Of a DNA stretch of 64,000 bases, positions 58,260 through 64,000 are shown one piece after another. Position numbers and translations under genes: made by a program. This DNA comes from Octopus vulgaris (taxonomy: Eukaryota): assembly GCA_951406725.2 (NCBI GenBank), contig OX597822.1:34472001-34536000 (forward strand), given 5' to 3'. The notes under the pieces are model-generated. The model searched no databases and had not been told where the DNA came from. It saw nothing but the letters and a program-made list of their open reading frames with translations. The stretch's first letter is position 1. Every line of letters starts with the position of its first letter.

Positions 58260-58592
58260 GGAAACAATTGCAGCGTGGAAGGTGTTTATAAGCCATTTAA
58301 GAAACACACAAAATCCGTTAGATTCACTTCAACATTTAAATTTAATTTGTTAAAATATTTTCGTCGCTTTGAGACTGCGACCTATTCACTGACAAAATTC
58401 CGTGCTTGAGACTGCGACAAAATTCCGTGCTTGAGACCGCGACCTTTTCAAGCACGGAATTTGAACAGGTCGCGGTCTCAAAGCGACGAAAATATTTTGA
58501 CAAATTTAATTTAAATGTTGAAGTGAATCTAATGGTTTTTGTGTGTTTCTTAAATGGCTTATAAACACCTTCGACACTGCAATTGTTTTCGT
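58260..58592. repeat. Inverted repeat (arms about 125 bp) with a scrambled centre and a hammerhead-like motif in each arm
   Basis: gaaacaattgcagcgtggaaggtgtttataagcc... versus ...ggcttataaacaccttcgacactgcaattgttttc. Confidence 0.9.
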
Positions 58593-59188
58593 TCCAGCAC
58601 ACGATCTCAGATCAGGTCACTTGCTATGCAAAGTACATCTCCGTAATATAACAGATACGTTAAGATATAAAAGAAATAATAAAACTTTTCGTAAATGTAG
58701 TGTATAAAATACCCTGGTAAAAAGAATATAGATACAATTTATATCGGAATTTATTATAATATAAATAAATTTTATGTTAAATCAGTCGAATTGTCCTCTA
58801 TGTTTGAAGTTCATGCAGTCATATGGCGAAATCGTTTTCTTTGCAATGATGTAATGTTTTCATTATCAATTAAAGGAATCGCTTGAAACGGTCGTAATGA
58901 ATTGACACTTGTATCTCTTTGTTACTAATTTATGCTTTTATTCACCTTTCCTGAAGTCTGTGCTTCCGGATTATTATACAAAGTATTTTCATATAAAGTA
59001 CATGTCTGAACAGCCAAGAGCGGATCCCTTCGCTAAGCTAGGTCGTATTATCTGCATACACTGCAAGAATATCAGGTGCTGGTACTTCTGCGCCGAGTTT
59101 TATATTCACTTGAAATTATTTGGGAGTGCATGTTACACCGACCTAACAAGGTGCCTGAATTAAAGTACCTAATTCAACTGAATCGTAA

Positions 59189-59246
<58 letters not shown>

Positions 59247-60549
59247 GTGTGTGTTTGTGAGTCGGTATACATACATATATACATACACATATATATATGT
59301 ATGTATATATGTATGCATGTATATATGTATATATATGTGTGTGTGTATGTATAAATGTACTTACTATATCGCTCCCTCATGTCGAAGCGTTAGATTAAGA
59401 AGTCGTAACGAAACAGATATCGGGAGTCATGTGGTAGTAGAGGAAGAAGACGAAGATACACACACACACACACACATTATTTTTATTTAGGCGCAGGAGT
59501 ACCTGTGTGGTAAGTAGCTTGCTTATCAACCACATGGTTCCAGGTTCAGTCCCACTGCGTGGCCTCTCTCATTTCAAGTAGTTTACTCCTGCTATTACCA
59601 CCACACTTTCTCCTACTTTCTCTTTGCAAGTGTGAAACTATTAATGTGAAAGTATTATATAACAGGGATGAGCCATTAATAGTGGTCATCCTTTTTGCTA
59701 GAGGAAGATCCGCTATGGTCTTATATGCTACACCACTGGTTTTCAATTCATATTAATCAAATTAATATTCAATTTTTCACCCTTATTATGTGTGTGTGTG
59801 TGTGTATTAGCAATTCGTATAAAATTGCATCAATGACTTGAACTTGAATAAGTGGCTTCACATAAATGGGGATAAATTAAAAAAGGTTTGTTGTTATTAT
59901 TATTACTGTTTGACTATTGTAATCACGTTTGTTGGTTCCTCGTCAGGGAAACGTTGTTGTGTTGCATTTGTTAAATAATTGTAAACTGTAACCTTGTAAA
60001 TTGTAAACTTTCGGAGAAGGGGAAATTGACAATATTTTCACCGTCTTTACGGAAGCATTTTTGTTAAAATGCCTTCGATAGAAGAAAGTCCAAAAATGAA
60101 TTTCGCTGCAGCCGTACACTTCTATACAAGAGGGAGGACAAGATCCAATTGATCGAAATTGCAAGAGATGGGCCTACAATTCCAGTCTGTCATATATTTT
60201 GAGTATTGTTATCACTAGCGATATCAAGATATAACTTTGTATTTTGTATTTTATGTGTAGATGTATATATATAGATGTACATGTAATATGTACACATATA
60301 TATACACATATATACATGCATAATATATCTACCCATACACACATACGCACACACACACACATACATAGGGGCAGGTGTGGCTGTGTGGTAATAAACTACG
60401 TTCTAAACACATGGTCCTGGGTTCAGTCCCACTGTGTAGTGACTTGGCATGTGTCTTCTGCTGTAGCTTCAGACCAACAAAAGCCTTCTCAATGGATTTT
60501 GTACATATATACAGGCATGCATACATATATATACATGCATACGTACATA

Positions 60550-62411
60550 TTCGGCATAAACACTCTACCACTACAACTAATAACTGTTGGGAACACTTTC
60601 AAACCTGCCTTACATTCGAACCAGAATCTCAAAAACATTGTCCCCTTCAGCGCCAAGCTCAACTGCTCTATCCTGACGTGGAGGGTATCAGCAATGAAAT
60701 CTATAACAAAACACTCATTGACATTGAAGAAAGAATTGCTAAACTGGATGGAAATGAATTGTCGACGTATGGCCTGCCACAAACATTCAGATCAGGGTCA
60801 AATAGCCTTCCCACTGCTGTCATTCGTGAAACAACCTACGACACCCAAGCGCTTTCAAAGTACATTGTTGAAAATGAGCCTAAATTACTTCCGGACCAGC
60901 TGCAGGCCTACAGAACTATTCTTAACAGTGTACGCCAATGCGAGGGACGAATCTTCTTACTCGATGCTCCTGGAGGGACAGGAAAAACATTTATTATAAA
61001 GCTTCTCCTTGCAGAAGTTAGGTAGCATCAGTACATTGCAGTAGCTGTAGCCTCCTCTGGCATTGCAGCTACTTTGTTACCCGGTGGCAGGACAGCACAC
61101 TCAACTTTTAAACTCCCTCTCAATTTAGCAGCATCCGAAATGCCTTCATGCAACATCAACAAAAGCTCAGATCAGGGACAAGTACTTAAAATATGTTATG
61201 TAATTGTCTGGGATGAGTGCACTAAGGCTCACAAGGGAGCTTTGGAAGCATTAGATAGAGCCCTGAAAGACATCCGAGACTGTCAGGCTCCAATGGGAGG
61301 TGTAACGCTTCTGTTGTCAGGTGATTTCAGGCAAACTCTTCCTGTCATTCCGAAAGGCACTAGAGCTGATGAAGTTCAAGCATGCCTAAAGTCCTCTACC
61401 CCGTGGCATCATGTTACAATCTTTAGTCTCACCACTAACTTGAGAGCTCAGCTACATGGCGACAAAATGTCCACAATGTTTGTATAGGACATTTTGACAC
61501 TTGGTGAAGGCAAGATGCCTCTCGATGCTGCAGGACAAATGGAAGTGTGGTCATTTTCCTCTGTTGTTAATTTTGTAAATGACCTCAAAAACAAAGCCTT
61601 TCCCAACTTCACACAAAACTACCAAAATCACAATTGGCTGTGTGAAAGAGCAATATTAGCTCCAAAAAACGTCGCTGTTAACAAAATTAATCAACAGCTA
61701 ATGCATTCTCTTCCCGGCACTATACACACTTATAAGTCTGTTGATACAATTCCAGATATAAATGAAGTTGTGAACTATCATCCTGAATTTCTCAATTCAC
61801 TGGAGCCCTCCTGGACTACCTCCACACATATTACCACGTAAAGTTGGAACTCCTGTAATGCTACTCCGCAATCTGGAACCACCAAGACTTTGCAATGGAA
61901 CACGACTGGTGATAAAGAAAATCATATTACACGTTATCGAGGCGATCATACTTTCTGGATGTGGAAAAGGTGATGACGTCTTTATTCCAAGATTTCCTCT
62001 TACTCCATCAGGAGCAGAAATTCCATTTACATTCAGAAGACTGCAAATCCCCCTTTGCCATGTCCATTAACAAATCTCAGGATCAAACCCTCTCTGTAGC
62101 TGGTCTTCTCTTGGAAGAGCCCTGCTTCTTGCATAGGCAACTGTATGTTGGCTGCTCAAGAGTAAGAACCAAAAGAAACCTTTTTGTATATGCTACACAA
62201 GGAAAAACAAGGAACATTGTTTACAACGAAGTGTTATAATCTCAACAGCCAGGAGGTATATACATGATCCCCTTTTTTTAACAAACGTCATGTACTTTCA
62301 TGTATTTATATTAATATACATATATTTGTGTGTGTATCCATATATATATATAACAGAAAAGTCTAATTCTTCTATTGAATGTAACTGGGCAACGCCGGGT
62401 ATCTCTGCTAG
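60550..62411 (+). mobile_element. 5'-truncated Helitron
   Basis: Helicase remnant followed by a GC-rich subterminal hairpin (gggcaacgcc) and a CTAG|T terminus at 62408-62412. No Rep domain seen. Confidence 0.88.
60560..62239 (+). pseudogene. Helitron PIF1-family (SF1B) helicase pseudogene
   Basis: Motifs LDAPGGTGKT, GGRTAHSTFKLP, IVWDEC, GDFRQTLPV, RLCNGTRL, FAMSINKSQ and QLYVGCSRV. In-frame stops at about 61023 and 61485; frameshifts at about 61820 and 62050. Confidence 0.93.
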
Positions 62412-64000
62412 TTTTATTATAAAAGCAAAACACCACAGAGGAATCGACGTAAACTTAAATAATAAACCGCGATAGGTGAACCACGATATGTCGAGGGTTT
62501 ATTATATTGCTATTTTTGCTGGACGTTTGTATTTCTTTTGGCAAAATCTTTACACAGTATAACTGATCTCTCCTTCAACAATTGCTAAACAAATTTACAT
62601 CATTGTAAAGCTCCATCAACAATGCGAAAATATAACATCAACTTAAGAAATGTCACCATATTGTTCATAATGTGATATTTTGTATTTTTAAATGTGCATT
62701 CTGTTGAATAAGCATTGATGATTTGCAAATGAGATCCACCAACTTAAGATACGATATCATTGTATAATACAGAATATCATTTCTCTGACATCACGTATAC
62801 AGTCTTTTAAGTTTCTAGCTTCTACACAAATACATCTTTCATGGATAAACATTATTATGCCGTTTTCCATGTCCTTTTAACTTACTGTTTCTCTTTGCTT
62901 TAGGCATTAATCTTCGTCGTTTACTTTCACTTACTGATATATTATTCTGCTGCATTTTGCTGTCTCATTAATCTTTAATATTTAATACTTCCAAAGACGA
63001 TTTCTAAGGTATTGTTCGATAAGCCATCAAATATTTCCGATGCTTTAAGTAATGGCATATCGTATTCCTTATATATTAAATTCAGACAGTGACATCTTAT
63101 TATCAATCTAGTGGCGTCTTATATAAAATTATGTTCAACTTTCCCCGCATAGTAATACTGATTTCTAAAGCAAACAGTCCTAGACACACATTTTAAGACC
63201 GTCGGCAACTATATTTGCAATGTCATGATATATATTTCCTTGTATTAAATGTCGCTAAAATATGCTGCAGCTGTCATCTCATCGAATAATCATTCGGAAT
63301 TCGGACAACTAAGAGACGATTTCCCCGGATTTCCTTTGCCTATGTGTTAGTTTCAAACGACTTGTAATTGAACAAAGGATAAAGGCCATTCTTCTTTTCC
63401 ATAATTTATAAAATGCAATAAATATAGATTTATAGAAAGGGTCGTGTGTCGTGTTACACTCTAAGCGTTACTTGAAGTCAATAACTTGGAGACGGAATTC
63501 TTGCTTAGCGGTCAAATTCTATGTAAATGTGGTTCGTGTAAGAAGAGTCTGAATTTATATTTAGTAGATGTTCTCTTTATCATACCTTTAATCTTGAATT
63601 CAATTTAATTCTTATTACGCGTATTATAGATTTGAAGAAAAGCAACACGAATCTACTTCGGTACCAAAATTATTGATCCTTAATGCTGTATCACGACCTG
63701 CTAGAAATAATAACCAAACCTTCCTTAGATGTCATTTTAGTGTCTTCCAGAAGAGAAATACTCATTTGATAATATAATTCCCGTTATTACTAAAAATATG
63801 GGATGGTCCAGACTGGAAGGCTTTTGTTAATAAATCTATTTGCTCAATTATAACTAATCTGAGGTTCACCAGCAGTAGCAGCAACAACAATGGCAACAAT
63901 AGAAACGCCAGACCCAAGCGTTAAACACATTAACGCAGGATGTTTTCTTACAGTTCTATAGAATGCAGGAGATTATTGCCCGATGACATGTATGTGACAT

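Noticed and set aside
60560-62239. Cellular PIF1 gene
   Set aside because: Intronless, disrupted, and followed by a Helitron CTAG terminus.
62460-63450. Possible very old LINE remnant on the minus strand
   Set aside because: Only vague motif similarity; cannot be supported without a search.

Overview
AT-rich animal genomic DNA, almost certainly Octopus (judged from the gene below and the repeat content). The only host gene I can identify is the oct-GnRH/corazonin-type receptor, a class A GPCR on the minus strand. Two internal coding exons are present (40518-40719 and 22004-22292) with an 18.2 kb intron between them; the N-terminal and final exons are not identifiable in this window. The remainder is intron-like. 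It holds huge (TA)n/(CA)n/(TATC)n tracts that generate nearly all of the listed ORFs, several tRNA-derived SINE families, decayed CR1- and RTE-type LINEs, mariner copies, a Helitron helicase pseudogene with a non-autonomous partner, and Penelope-like remnants forming large inverted repeats. The most striking unannotated signal is a dispersed set of about 10 type I hammerhead ribozyme motifs. They show three different pairs at core positions 3-8 (C-G, U-A and a reconstructed G-C), and some lie in the sense strand of the receptor intron. All folds and alignments were done by eye; no searches were run.
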